From: a virus
Virus record (IMG/VR): IMGVR_UViG_3300000976_000137
Span: 1 to 50,995 of that record
DNA: 50,995 nt
Direction: 5' to 3' (one strand)
Shown piece by piece: positions 27,926-36,438 of the stretch. Below the pieces are notes generated by a model. It made no database searches. It saw nothing but the letters and a program-made list of their open reading frames with translations, and was not told where the DNA came from. The position numbers and the translations under genes were made by a program. The first letter of the stretch is position 1. Every line of letters begins with the position of its first letter.

Positions 27926-28303
27926 TTAGTGTTCACTAGGCAATAGTAAAACATTACCTTCCATCCAAAGCGTGATGCTATATAATGGGAAAGTGGTAAA
28001 ATTAAGGGTAAAAGTTTCAATAATTTTCTTGTTACCATTCTCAATGGTGATGATACAACCTTCACCTCGTCTTACCAGTCGCCACACTTGAAAATCAAGC
28101 GCTTTGATTTTTGAATTAATTTGATGGCTAAATATAAATTCCAATAGCCAATAGCATTCTGCATTTTTGGCTAAGAATCTCACTCCATCGGTGTAACGGA
28201 AGGCTTTGAACAGCGGATGGAAATAATACTGTGTCGTGCCTGAAAACTGCTTGAGGGCAGCTAATAACTCGCCTTTACTCATGTATGTAAAAGTTTTGGA
28301 CAT
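27926..28303 (-). CDS. DUF6876-like protein (paralog of 446..832)
   Basis: 125 aa. Aligns along its whole length with the 446..832 product ('HPLFKAFRYTDGVRFLAKNAECYWLLEFI', 'LLLPSEH'). Confidence 0.65.
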   Translation of the reverse strand: MSKTFTYMSKGELLAALKQFSGTTQYYFHPLFKAFRYTDGVRFLAKNAECYWLLEFIFSHQINSKIKALDFQVWRLVRRGEGCIITIENGNKKIIETFTLNFTTFPLYSITLWMEGNVLLLPSEH

Positions 28304-28450
28304 GGTTAGACCATGTGTTAAAAAATGAAGTTAAGCGTAGTTATAGCAAAGGATTATTGCAGTATTATTACAGCGACCGTAATTTGAATCGAATAGGTAA
28401 AAGTTGTATCTTTAGGGCAGAAACTAAGTAGAGAGAGTTTCACTCATAGT

Positions 28451-28491
28451 GCTTCATTACCTGTTTTACAGCTAATGAAGCCTTTTTATTT
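28451..28491 (+). terminator. orphan plus-strand intrinsic terminator (possible 3' end of a small RNA)
   Basis: The 9-bp stem 'gcttcatta'/'taatgaagc' has a 13-nt loop and is followed by 'ctttttattt'. No plus-strand ORF lies upstream. Confidence 0.45.
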
Positions 28492-28681
28492 CTAGGAGTT
28501 AGGTTGATAAAAGAGAAGTTTGTATTTAATAAAAAACAATGTATTTTTGAATAGCCTTTAATGATTCTCTCTATGTAACGGGGTCGTTTCTCTCTACTTG
28601 GTAAATAGACTCGACCTCGATTTTATTGATTTACTAAAAGCACCATTCAATATAAATATTGGTTAGCTTGGTTAAAAAGAA

Positions 28682-28714
28682 GAAGCCCTAACGCTTGACC
28701 AGCATTAGGGCTTC
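28682..28714 (-). terminator. terminator of the 28746..29078 gene
   Basis: The 10-bp stem 'gaagccctaa'/'ttagggcttc' is followed on the minus strand by 'ttctttttaacc'. Confidence 0.6.
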
Positions 28715-28745
28715 ATTCCGTAATGGATATACGATAATTTTAGGC

Positions 28746-29078
28746 TTATCCAATCAGTTTAATGAGGGCAACAGTCAATCCCACACCACCAAGTACAGTA
28801 GCCATCATGGTTTTTTGTAGACTGATGATAGTGTCTTTTACATTGATACTGATATTGGAAATATCTTCTTTAAGTCCGTCTCGGACGCTATCAATTCTTT
28901 CATTAAGTCTTTTTTCTGATTGACGTAAATCTTCTTTTGTAGCAACGCCATTGAGGGTAATTTCTTGAATCGCTTCAATGAAACCTTCTGCTTCTTGTTC
29001 TGAATAGCCTTTATCTTGAAGTAATTTTACTACTTTATATGTGTCCAGATTCAGGGTTGCAGATTCTGTTGAGAACAT
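28746..29078 (-). CDS. DUF1640-like coiled-coil protein with C-terminal TM anchor
   Basis: 110 aa. 'LDTYKVVKLLQDKGYSEQEAEGFIEAIQE...VATKEDL' plus the hydrophobic tail 'VLGGVGLTVALIKLIG'. Confidence 0.5.
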   Translation of the reverse strand: MFSTESATLNLDTYKVVKLLQDKGYSEQEAEGFIEAIQEITLNGVATKEDLRQSEKRLNERIDSVRDGLKEDISNISINVKDTIISLQKTMMATVLGGVGLTVALIKLIG

Positions 29079-29243
29079 TTTATGCCTTTCTTAGTGTATA
29101 CACTATAACATAGGCTAAATGACTTGGCAAATAAGAGTAAACTTCTGATTAGAAAAACCTTTAATTATAGACTCAAAGCTTATCTGCTGACTATAACTTT
29201 CCATAACATAAATTATCAAACTGGATTATGATGGTGCTAGTAT

Positions 29244-29483
29244 TTACACAACACGCCAAACTCTGGCACCTTCTCCTTCTGGTCGGCAAACAAATTTCTT
29301 AGGCTTATAGCTGTACAACCGTGTCATAACAGCAAGCTTTCCTTTTTTATCTCTGGGAGGTTCTTCTAGAAATACACTATCGCCTACATCCATATTATCT
29401 GCTAAATGTTTCCAAAGCCCTGTTCTGGTTTTAGTGTTTTCAGGTATAGATACACCTTTTTCTATTTTGATATTTTCAAACAT
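29244..29483 (-). CDS. hypothetical protein
   Basis: 79-aa ORF. No family recognised. Confidence 0.45.
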   Translation of the reverse strand: MFENIKIEKGVSIPENTKTRTGLWKHLADNMDVGDSVFLEEPPRDKKGKLAVMTRLYSYKPKKFVCRPEGEGARVWRVV

Positions 29484-29647
29484 TAGTTGTAATCCTTACA
29501 GTTATTGATGACTTCAACACTAAATCCTATTGCTTTAATAGTCAATTAGTTCTTACAATGTTAAGGTTTCTAATAATGTTAAGGAATTGTGGTAGTATAA
29601 AATATTATCAATTCGCTAAAGGTTCAATCTTGAATATTTATTGTAGG

Positions 29648-30766
29648 TTAATTAATTGAATTAGAAATAGAAAATCTTTTTTTGTAAAATTCATTGTATT
29701 CATGTTTTAATCTACCTAATGGAATTGCTGGATGTATATTTATTTCATTAGCAAAACTGATAATTGTTTCACTTGAAAACTCTTCAGTTTTCTCAATAAA
29801 TTTTTTCCATTTTTTCTTGGGAATTAAATGATTTTCGGCAAAAATATTCGCTTCTTTTTCCTTGGAAGCCTGATTTCCTTTATTTCCAGCTATATCATCT
29901 ATGAAAGGAATTTCATTATTTTTATTTGGTTCTAAATGTCTATAAATATGTCCTAATTCATGAAAAAGCGTAAATGCTAGGTTATCTAAACGCTTGTGCC
30001 TGAGAGTAAGACCAATAGCAGGGTTATCCTTACTCCAAAAAGCAATACCATCTACTGGCACTTGGTCGGCTCTCGGTTCTATAATTAGTTTGATACCATA
30101 TTTGGGTAAAATTTTCTCCAGATTATCAACTATTGACTCGCCTAGAAATACACTTTTCAATTTCTCAATCAATTCTGATTCTGATTCTCGATTAAATGCT
30201 TCGATTTTTTTTAATTTGCTAGCCTTGTATTCCACATACTTAACCCAGCCTAGTAAGTTAACTGGATTTACTTTTAAAACAGGAGATTTTTTAAAATTCT
30301 TATAGGTAGCACTTTCCAATTCCATTTTTATTTCATTGGCACTTTTTACTCCATATATCGTAAAAAGGAAATCTATATCTTTTTCTAGAATATTGGATAA
30401 TTTCTTTAGTTTTTTGAAATAGTTTAAAGCTACGTATTGTTTTAAATCAACCCATTTTCTAATTATAGAAACTTTTTTTTGCAGGTTTTTGTCAAGATTT
30501 GCTTTAGCCAGTTCATAATTAGACTGGAGATTAATCCAGTAATCTTTATCTATACCTAAAGCAGCTTCTAGGATAATAGCTAATTCAGTCGAAATACCTC
30601 TTTTTCCCTTTATAATCTCATTGAGTTGAGAATGTGCCATACCAATGGTAATAGCGAATTCTCTTTGCTTTAAATCTTTCTTATCTAAAATGTCTTTCAA
30701 ATATTCTCCAGGGGGAATTGCTATTGCAGGAGTTAATTTATTGATAACTTTTCCTTGTGCATCCAT
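29648..30766 (-). CDS. HigA-type HTH antitoxin fused to an ImmA/IrrE-family metallopeptidase domain
   Basis: 372 aa. N-terminus 'IPPGEYLKDILDKKDLKQREFAITIGMAHSQLNEIIKGKRGIS' (HigA-like HTH). C-terminal region 'TLFHELGHIYRH' (HExxH, COG2856-like). Confidence 0.8.
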   Translation of the reverse strand: MDAQGKVINKLTPAIAIPPGEYLKDILDKKDLKQREFAITIGMAHSQLNEIIKGKRGISTELAIILEAALGIDKDYWINLQSNYELAKANLDKNLQKKVSIIRKWVDLKQYVALNYFKKLKKLSNILEKDIDFLFTIYGVKSANEIKMELESATYKNFKKSPVLKVNPVNLLGWVKYVEYKASKLKKIEAFNRESESELIEKLKSVFLGESIVDNLEKILPKYGIKLIIEPRADQVPVDGIAFWSKDNPAIGLTLRHKRLDNLAFTLFHELGHIYRHLEPNKNNEIPFIDDIAGNKGNQASKEKEANIFAENHLIPKKKWKKFIEKTEEFSSETIISFANEINIHPAIPLGRLKHEYNEFYKKRFSISNSIN

Positions 30767-30778
30767 AATTTACCTTCT

Positions 30779-31057
30779 TTATTCAACATTAACAATAAGT
30801 AATTGATTACTAGATACTTGCTTAAAGTAGAGATAAAGCTCCGCATTTAATTGTATTGAGTGAAGGTTATGTTCATTATTAGGAGGGAAATAATCTATAT
30901 ATAGTTTTGATAGTTCAGAAATCTTTGGTACAGCCCGTAGCATTTCTATTGTTTTTATCAATTGCCTTCTTACAAAAAATAAGTTCTTGTTATGGTTATT
31001 AGGCTCTTCATCAGAATATAGTGATTCTAATGCAGAATCTTGAAAAAAGATTTGCAT
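30779..31057 (-). CDS. HigB/RelE-like toxin (plasmid maintenance killer type), tentative
   Basis: 92 aa, 12 nt upstream of the HigA-like gene. Length and order (toxin first) fit higBA. Sequence similarity to PF05015-type toxins is weak by eye. Confidence 0.5.
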   Translation of the reverse strand: MQIFFQDSALESLYSDEEPNNHNKNLFFVRRQLIKTIEMLRAVPKISELSKLYIDYFPPNNEHNLHSIQLNAELYLYFKQVSSNQLLIVNVE

Positions 31058-31416
31058 ATAGTATAAATAAATATTATACTTGTAAAATAATTTTTTAATT
31101 GATAACTAAGTAACGAACTAATTCACAAATTTGTTACTATTTTTTAAAATCAAAAAAAATAAAATTAACTTTTTTGTTAAGTAATTACAAATTAACGCTT
31201 TTAAAATTACTTTTTCAAATAAAACTTAAATTATTTTCAAGCACTATTAATATAATAGGAAAAAAAGAAGAGGATAGAGCGCCAACTCTAACCTCAGGGT
31301 TCTTAGTTCAATAAGAAATATAAATATATAAAAAATATTTCTTCCCTGAAAGTAAAATTTACTTTTTACGCCTCTTCTCCGTTTCCTATATTTTTTCATA
31401 CTTAAACTTTATAATC

Positions 31417-31755
31417 ATGGGTTATCCTAGATTTGAAATCGACACGGACTCGAAAGGGGAATTTCGTTTTAACTTATTTGCTGTAAACGCTAAAAACATT
31501 TTGCGCTCCAGCGAAGGTTACACCACTAAGCAAAATTGTATAAAAGCAATTGAATCTGTAAAAGCTAATGCCCCTAATGACAATCGGTACAAGCGAGGTA
31601 CTTCCAGTAATGGGCAATATTACTTTGTACTGAATGCTCGTAATGGCGAAGCATTAGGGATTAGCGAAATGTATACTACTGTTGCCAATCGTGAAAATGG
31701 TATTGCGGCAGTAAAACGAGATGCACCTGTCGTAACGATTGTCGATTTGACTTAA
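31417..31755 (+). CDS. YegP-family (tandem DUF1508) protein
   Basis: 112 aa with two repeats: 'FRFNLFAVNAKNILRSSEGYTTKQNCIKAIESVK' and 'YYFVLNARNGEALGISEMYTTVANRENGIAAVK'. Confidence 0.8.
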   Translation: MGYPRFEIDTDSKGEFRFNLFAVNAKNILRSSEGYTTKQNCIKAIESVKANAPNDNRYKRGTSSNGQYYFVLNARNGEALGISEMYTTVANRENGIAAVKRDAPVVTIVDLT

Positions 31756-31929
31756 ATTTTTCTACTGCTTTCTGCTTTTTCTGAAGTAGAAAGCAATCTT
31801 TTTTAGGCAATATTTTGGGTATGACTTATCCAAAGTAAACGGCATTGCTATGCCTAAAAATCAAATAGCGACTTACCCACTAGGTCGCTTTCACTCTATT
31901 TTTTAATCTTTTTTAAAATTTTATTTTTT

Positions 31930-33282
31930 ATGAACTTAGCTAAAATTATTAGTAAGACTTTATTCATTAGTTTTTTGTTTTGTGTTAGTTGTGATATTCC
32001 TCCAGTTGATTTATGTTCAAACGGTATTCTAGACCTAGAAAATGGTGAAATAGGAATTGACTGTGGAGGTATAAACTGTGAAGCTTGCCGACAAGTTGAC
32101 ACCTTCAAGGAAATGGTAATCATAGATACCGCAGTTGTCAATCATCCAGAAGCAAAAATTGGACGATTGTCTTTTGGTCATTTGATAAGAAATATGACTA
32201 CCGATGCTGTAACGAAGGAAGATTTAATCCTAGGCTTTTTGCAATCTTGGGAGCGAGAGCAAACCATCAATAATTTTACAGTTGCACCTAGACCTCGTAT
32301 TAATGAAAGGATAATCAAGCCTTGGATGGAAGCGGACGGTCAGGCTGGTAGTCCGATTGACGAATGGAAAATTAACTTAGATAATGCGCCTTTTAAATTA
32401 CTTGCAGTAGTTAATAGATTAGACTTGCTAAAAGTCAAGGAAGGTCGTGTTACTAATTCTGGTGAGGGACGATTTGTTTACTGTGCTGTTGATTCTAATA
32501 ATCGACCTTTGCCTTTTACGGTGATTTTCGAGTATCAATTACCGATTCTAGATACTACGCAGATTTTTCCTTTGGTCTCTAAGTGGCATAACTTGGGAGC
32601 GCATGAGACTTTTGATTCTAGTTATGTTGAAGCACTTATTGCAGTAACAGAGAACTTTGTAGGAAAAAATGTAATGCCAACTAAGCCAAACGGCAATGCC
32701 TTGAACCAGATACGGACGAATGAGGTAGCGCTTAGTGGTCCCTGGGAATTAAGAGAGTTCAACTTAGACCGAACTGAAGGGATATTCAAAGAAGTGACTA
32801 GGAAAATGACACCCGATTTTTCATTAAACGGTAGTCAGCTATTAACGAAGTTTATACAAGAAAACGAAGAAGCTATTAGGACGGGTCAATTTACAATACC
32901 CTTAGTTTATGACGGGCAACCTTTTTTGGGTGGATTTTGTCCAACCAATTCATCTTCTTTTAAATGGAATGCTCCTGGTGTAAGTAGAGAGTTAATCGAC
33001 AAGTTTTCTATAAAAACATGCAATGGTTGCCACGGAGGGGATACAGGAACACCTTTTACACATATAGGACCACCATCTACTTTGCATGAACCTGCGAGTG
33101 TATCAACATTTCTAATGGGAGAAGAAATGAGTAATAGACTTCGCCTTATGCATGAGCATTTTTTGAAAATTCAAGAATTTAATATAGCTAATAAGCCTTC
33201 TAGCAGAACAGTAGCTATGCCATTAGAAAAACAAATTTCTATCGAAGAGTTGATTAGGCGACGGGCAAATAATGTTCATTAG
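31930..33282 (+). CDS. secreted/lipoprotein-like Cys-rich protein with a single CXXCH motif
   Basis: 450 aa with the signal/lipobox-like 'FISFLFCVSC'. Contains the Cys knot 'CSNGILDLENGEIGIDCGGINCEAC' and 'CNGCHGGDTG' near the C-terminus. Family unknown. Confidence 0.6.
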   Translation: MNLAKIISKTLFISFLFCVSCDIPPVDLCSNGILDLENGEIGIDCGGINCEACRQVDTFKEMVIIDTAVVNHPEAKIGRLSFGHLIRNMTTDAVTKEDLILGFLQSWEREQTINNFTVAPRPRINERIIKPWMEADGQAGSPIDEWKINLDNAPFKLLAVVNRLDLLKVKEGRVTNSGEGRFVYCAVDSNNRPLPFTVIFEYQLPILDTTQIFPLVSKWHNLGAHETFDSSYVEALIAVTENFVGKNVMPTKPNGNALNQIRTNEVALSGPWELREFNLDRTEGIFKEVTRKMTPDFSLNGSQLLTKFIQENEEAIRTGQFTIPLVYDGQPFLGGFCPTNSSSFKWNAPGVSRELIDKFSIKTCNGCHGGDTGTPFTHIGPPSTLHEPASVSTFLMGEEMSNRLRLMHEHFLKIQEFNIANKPSSRTVAMPLEKQISIEELIRRRANNVH

Positions 33283-33326
33283 TAGCATACGTTGAAATTT
33301 AGTTTTACTAGGAACTTAGTATTAGA

Positions 33327-33370
33327 TAACTTTGTTCATATTGTACTATAACATAATGTGAACAAAGTTA
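33327..33370 (+). promoter_or_regulatory. imperfect hairpin of about 19 bp between the two genes (attenuator, terminator or operator)
   Basis: 'taactttgttcatattgt' pairs with 'acataatgtgaacaaagtta'. Confidence 0.4.
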
Positions 33371-33398
33371 CTTTAACCTTTAAAAAATCAAAATTAAT

Positions 33399-35222
33399 AT
33401 GGATATTCAACCATTAAAAGTCGATGACTTTATTCAAGAGGTGAAGCCTATTTTAGATACTCTAAGAAAAAATGTAGCACAAAACAATACAGAAATTCGA
33501 GTCTCAGATATATTCGATAAAGCAGGTAATCAGTATATTAATCTGGTTCAAGAAGGAGGTGGGCTATTAGGAATTGCTTTAGTTGGATTCACCTATGTTT
33601 TGGAAGAAATGGGCATTCGTTTCTTGAGTTTGGGAGGTACTTCTGCAGGTGCAATTAATACTATTTTTTTAGCTGATGTCGATAAACCTGCAAATAAAAA
33701 AAGTCTTGCAATTTTAAAGAAAATTGCAGGTTTTGATTTTATGCAATTTGTAGATGGAGGCAGACGTGCTAAATGGCTGGTTAATGCAATGGCTAAGGAA
33801 AAAACAGCACTAACCTACTTGTTAGCGGTAATGAATGCACCTAGATTGTTTCAGAAAAAAGGGATTAACCCAGGGACTTTTTTTGAAGACTGGTTAGAAA
33901 AAGAATTAAAGCACAAAAGGTTAGATGCCTTAGACAAGAACATAAAAGATATTCCTGACTTAATCTTAAAAGATGACTACGGGAAGGAAAGAAAGTTAGA
34001 CCCTAAAAAGTTGGCTATTAAATTAGCTATTGTAGCTGCGGATATTACTACGCAAACAAAGGTAGAGTTTCCCAAAATGGCTGAGTTGTATTTAAGAAAT
34101 CCTAAAGTCGAAAGCCCTGCCGCTTTTGTTAGAGCCTCGATGTCAATTCCTGTATTTTTTGAGCCCAAACAATTTAATCTTTCCTCTTTTACTGGTGGGA
34201 AAAAAGATTTTTATCAAGAGAGATGGAAAGCTTTAGCTGATTTTAGGTCTTCTCAACTTCCCGAAAGTGTACAGATGGTAGATGGTGGCGTGATGTCTAA
34301 CTTTCCTATTGATTTATTTCATACAGAAGACACCATTCCTTTGCGACCAACTATTGGTGTCAAATTGGGGATAGATCGGTATAATTTTAAAAAACATGGT
34401 GGCTTATTTAAATTTGCGGGGAATATTTTTGACGGAGTACGGAATTTGAGAGACCATGAGTTTTTAAAAACGAATCAGGAATATCAAGAATTAGTTGAAC
34501 ATATCAATATAGATGATATTAATTGGTTGGATTTTAACCTATCCAACGAAAATCAACTAAGATTATTTAGAGAAGGGGCGGTTGCTGCACAAAATTTTCT
34601 TAACCGTTTTAATTGGACGAATTATAAGAAGCGTTTAAAATCAGAGCTAATTCAGCGCATCAAACCACTTACTTGGGAGTTGTCTAATATTGATGATTTA
34701 GAAGGGGTATTAGAGGTTTTCAAAATAGAAAGAGGCACCCCACTTTTTGAACGGATACAGGAAATAAAAAAACGACCTGAGCCTTATAAAGTGCTTTGGG
34801 TAGATAACTCATTTACCTATACCTTGCCTATGGCTATTTTAGATAAGCTCAATATTTCTTGTATTACTGCTAATAGCTCCGAAGAAGCCTTTGATATTAT
34901 TGATGAACACGATGATATTGACTTAATTATCTCTGATTTAACCAGAGACAATAGCAATATAGGAGGTATTACACTTTGCCAGCGGCTGGCTTTAGATCCT
35001 AAGGCTAAAAATATCTCCGTATTAATTTACGTCCATAGTCAATCAAGTTTAAAAGAAAGATATTTTAAACATTTAAAGGAAACTAATGATTCTATAATCA
35101 GGTCTATCCGTTCTCCTGAAGAAGTAGAATTACCCAAAAATATAATTAATAGTATTGGTAGAAATACTGTTAGTCATAAAGAGTTTATCATGGAGGTTGT
35201 AGAAAATATTGATAAAAGCTAA
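33399..35222 (+). CDS. patatin-like phospholipase with C-terminal receiver(REC)-like domain
   Basis: 607 aa. Oxyanion 'QEGGGLLG', nucleophile 'GTSAG' and catalytic Asp 'VDGGVMSNFP'. The C-terminal 'KVLWVDNSF...DIDLIISDLTRDNSNIGGITLCQRL...ISVLIYVHS' looks CheY-like but lacks the usual acidic pair. Confidence 0.8.
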   Translation: MDIQPLKVDDFIQEVKPILDTLRKNVAQNNTEIRVSDIFDKAGNQYINLVQEGGGLLGIALVGFTYVLEEMGIRFLSLGGTSAGAINTIFLADVDKPANKKSLAILKKIAGFDFMQFVDGGRRAKWLVNAMAKEKTALTYLLAVMNAPRLFQKKGINPGTFFEDWLEKELKHKRLDALDKNIKDIPDLILKDDYGKERKLDPKKLAIKLAIVAADITTQTKVEFPKMAELYLRNPKVESPAAFVRASMSIPVFFEPKQFNLSSFTGGKKDFYQERWKALADFRSSQLPESVQMVDGGVMSNFPIDLFHTEDTIPLRPTIGVKLGIDRYNFKKHGGLFKFAGNIFDGVRNLRDHEFLKTNQEYQELVEHINIDDINWLDFNLSNENQLRLFREGAVAAQNFLNRFNWTNYKKRLKSELIQRIKPLTWELSNIDDLEGVLEVFKIERGTPLFERIQEIKKRPEPYKVLWVDNSFTYTLPMAILDKLNISCITANSSEEAFDIIDEHDDIDLIISDLTRDNSNIGGITLCQRLALDPKAKNISVLIYVHSQSSLKERYFKHLKETNDSIIRSIRSPEEVELPKNIINSIGRNTVSHKEFIMEVVENIDKS

Positions 35223-35286
35223 TTATCATTTGAGTGCGCTACAGTTTAGTGGGTTTTAAATATGTTCAAACATTTAGTTCTCCTGA

Positions 35287-35534
35287 AATTAATGGGTATT
35301 ATCGAACAAAAGGCAAATTTGTCCCACAGGCTTAATTTTCATCGAAAACGGCTATAAAAATAGACTATGGTGATAACGAACGTTAAAATTATAGGATAAG
35401 ACCATACAAAACGCTCATGTATCGCTATGAAATTATTATGGTTTTAGTCCAAAATTTGCCTTAAAACCATAGCATTGTCGGCTATATTTAGTTATGGGAC
35501 ATTTCCGACTTTTGTGCGATATTACCCAATTAAT
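35287..35534. mobile_element. MITE-like element: 234 bp with 34-bp imperfect terminal inverted repeats and a 7-bp AATTAAT target duplication
   Basis: Terminal inverted repeats at 35294..35327 and 35494..35527 match at 26 of 34 positions and have GGG/CCC termini. 'aattaat' lies directly outside both ends (35287..35293 and 35528..35534). An internal 10-bp-stem hairpin spans 35437..35471. No ORF. Confidence 0.5.
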
Positions 35535-35756
35535 CTAGCATTTATATATTTACATGATGTTAAATTTTATTCCAAGTCATTTATCATATAGAGTGGAACG
35601 ATATGAGTCTATGATATAAAGATTAAGTAATTCTTTCTAAGGTTGTTATTTTTGTAAAGAGAGTAAGATTGCTTATGTGAGGTTCTTTCTAATGGTAGAT
35701 GTTATGATTTTTAATTAACTAAGAATTTTTTATTCCTAATAGAAATGGGGGAATGA

Positions 35757-36314
35757 TTAAAACATAGTTACATAATAGGTAATAGCTACAGTTAGAATAA
35801 TAGTAAAAAAAATAAATAGAATAAGATTAATTATTTTAATATTAATAGCTTCTTTTTCCTGTAATCTAGCTAATTCTGCTTGTTCGCACTTATCTAAAAG
35901 CAGGGGAAGAATTGCTTCTAGCCTTGATTGAGAATTTTCTGGAGATTCAGCTTTTACAGCTACCAATATATCTATTATTAAATCGTTGAATAGCTCTTCT
36001 ATTTGTTGTAAATCATTATCAGATGCCATTCCAATCCAGCCAAAGAAGTAGTTTGCTTTTCTTTTAGAGGAAGTTTCCAAACTATAATTGACAGCCTCAA
36101 GTGGTAGAACAGGTCTAGACCTAACGACATAGCCTAGTTTTTTCTCTTTTGGAGAAACTTTGAATTGGTTTATAGCAATTCTCTCAGAGAATGAACCATT
36201 TAGATAATATTTAGCTAAACCTGTAGGTGTTCTATCACTTGCAATCAAAATGGCTGAATAGCCATCTTGAAGACCTGCAATAATAAAAGGTATTTTTGAA
36301 TCTAATTTTATCAT
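35757..36314 (-). CDS. tail-anchored protein, possibly Roadblock/MglB-like (speculative)
   Basis: 185 aa with the C-terminal TM segment 'INLILFIFFTIILTVAITYYV'. The N-terminal 'IPFIIAGLQDGYSAILIASDRTP' is faintly Roadblock/LC7-like. Last gene of the GTPase operon. Confidence 0.5.
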   Translation of the reverse strand: MIKLDSKIPFIIAGLQDGYSAILIASDRTPTGLAKYYLNGSFSERIAINQFKVSPKEKKLGYVVRSRPVLPLEAVNYSLETSSKRKANYFFGWIGMASDNDLQQIEELFNDLIIDILVAVKAESPENSQSRLEAILPLLLDKCEQAELARLQEKEAINIKIINLILFIFFTIILTVAITYYVTMF

Positions 36315-36438
36315 TCTAGTTGGTCTTTTTAGTTTGAATTATGCATAATGATAACTGATTTGTAATTTTTATTATTTTGAGGTGACGAATATTTATATGC
36401 TATATGAAGGCAATTGCAATTTTTTTGCCATATTTAAT

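Noticed and set aside
31896-32141. 81-aa minus-strand ORF overlapping the start of the 450-aa gene; also 12577..12771 overlapping the start of the 731-aa gene
   Set aside because: Both are antisense overlaps with much longer, better-supported ORFs and have no motifs.
33030-33044. The single CXXCH ('CNGCH') taken as proof of a c-type cytochrome
   Set aside because: One CXXCH in a Cys-rich 450-aa protein can occur by chance. It is reported only as a motif to test, not as a cytochrome call.
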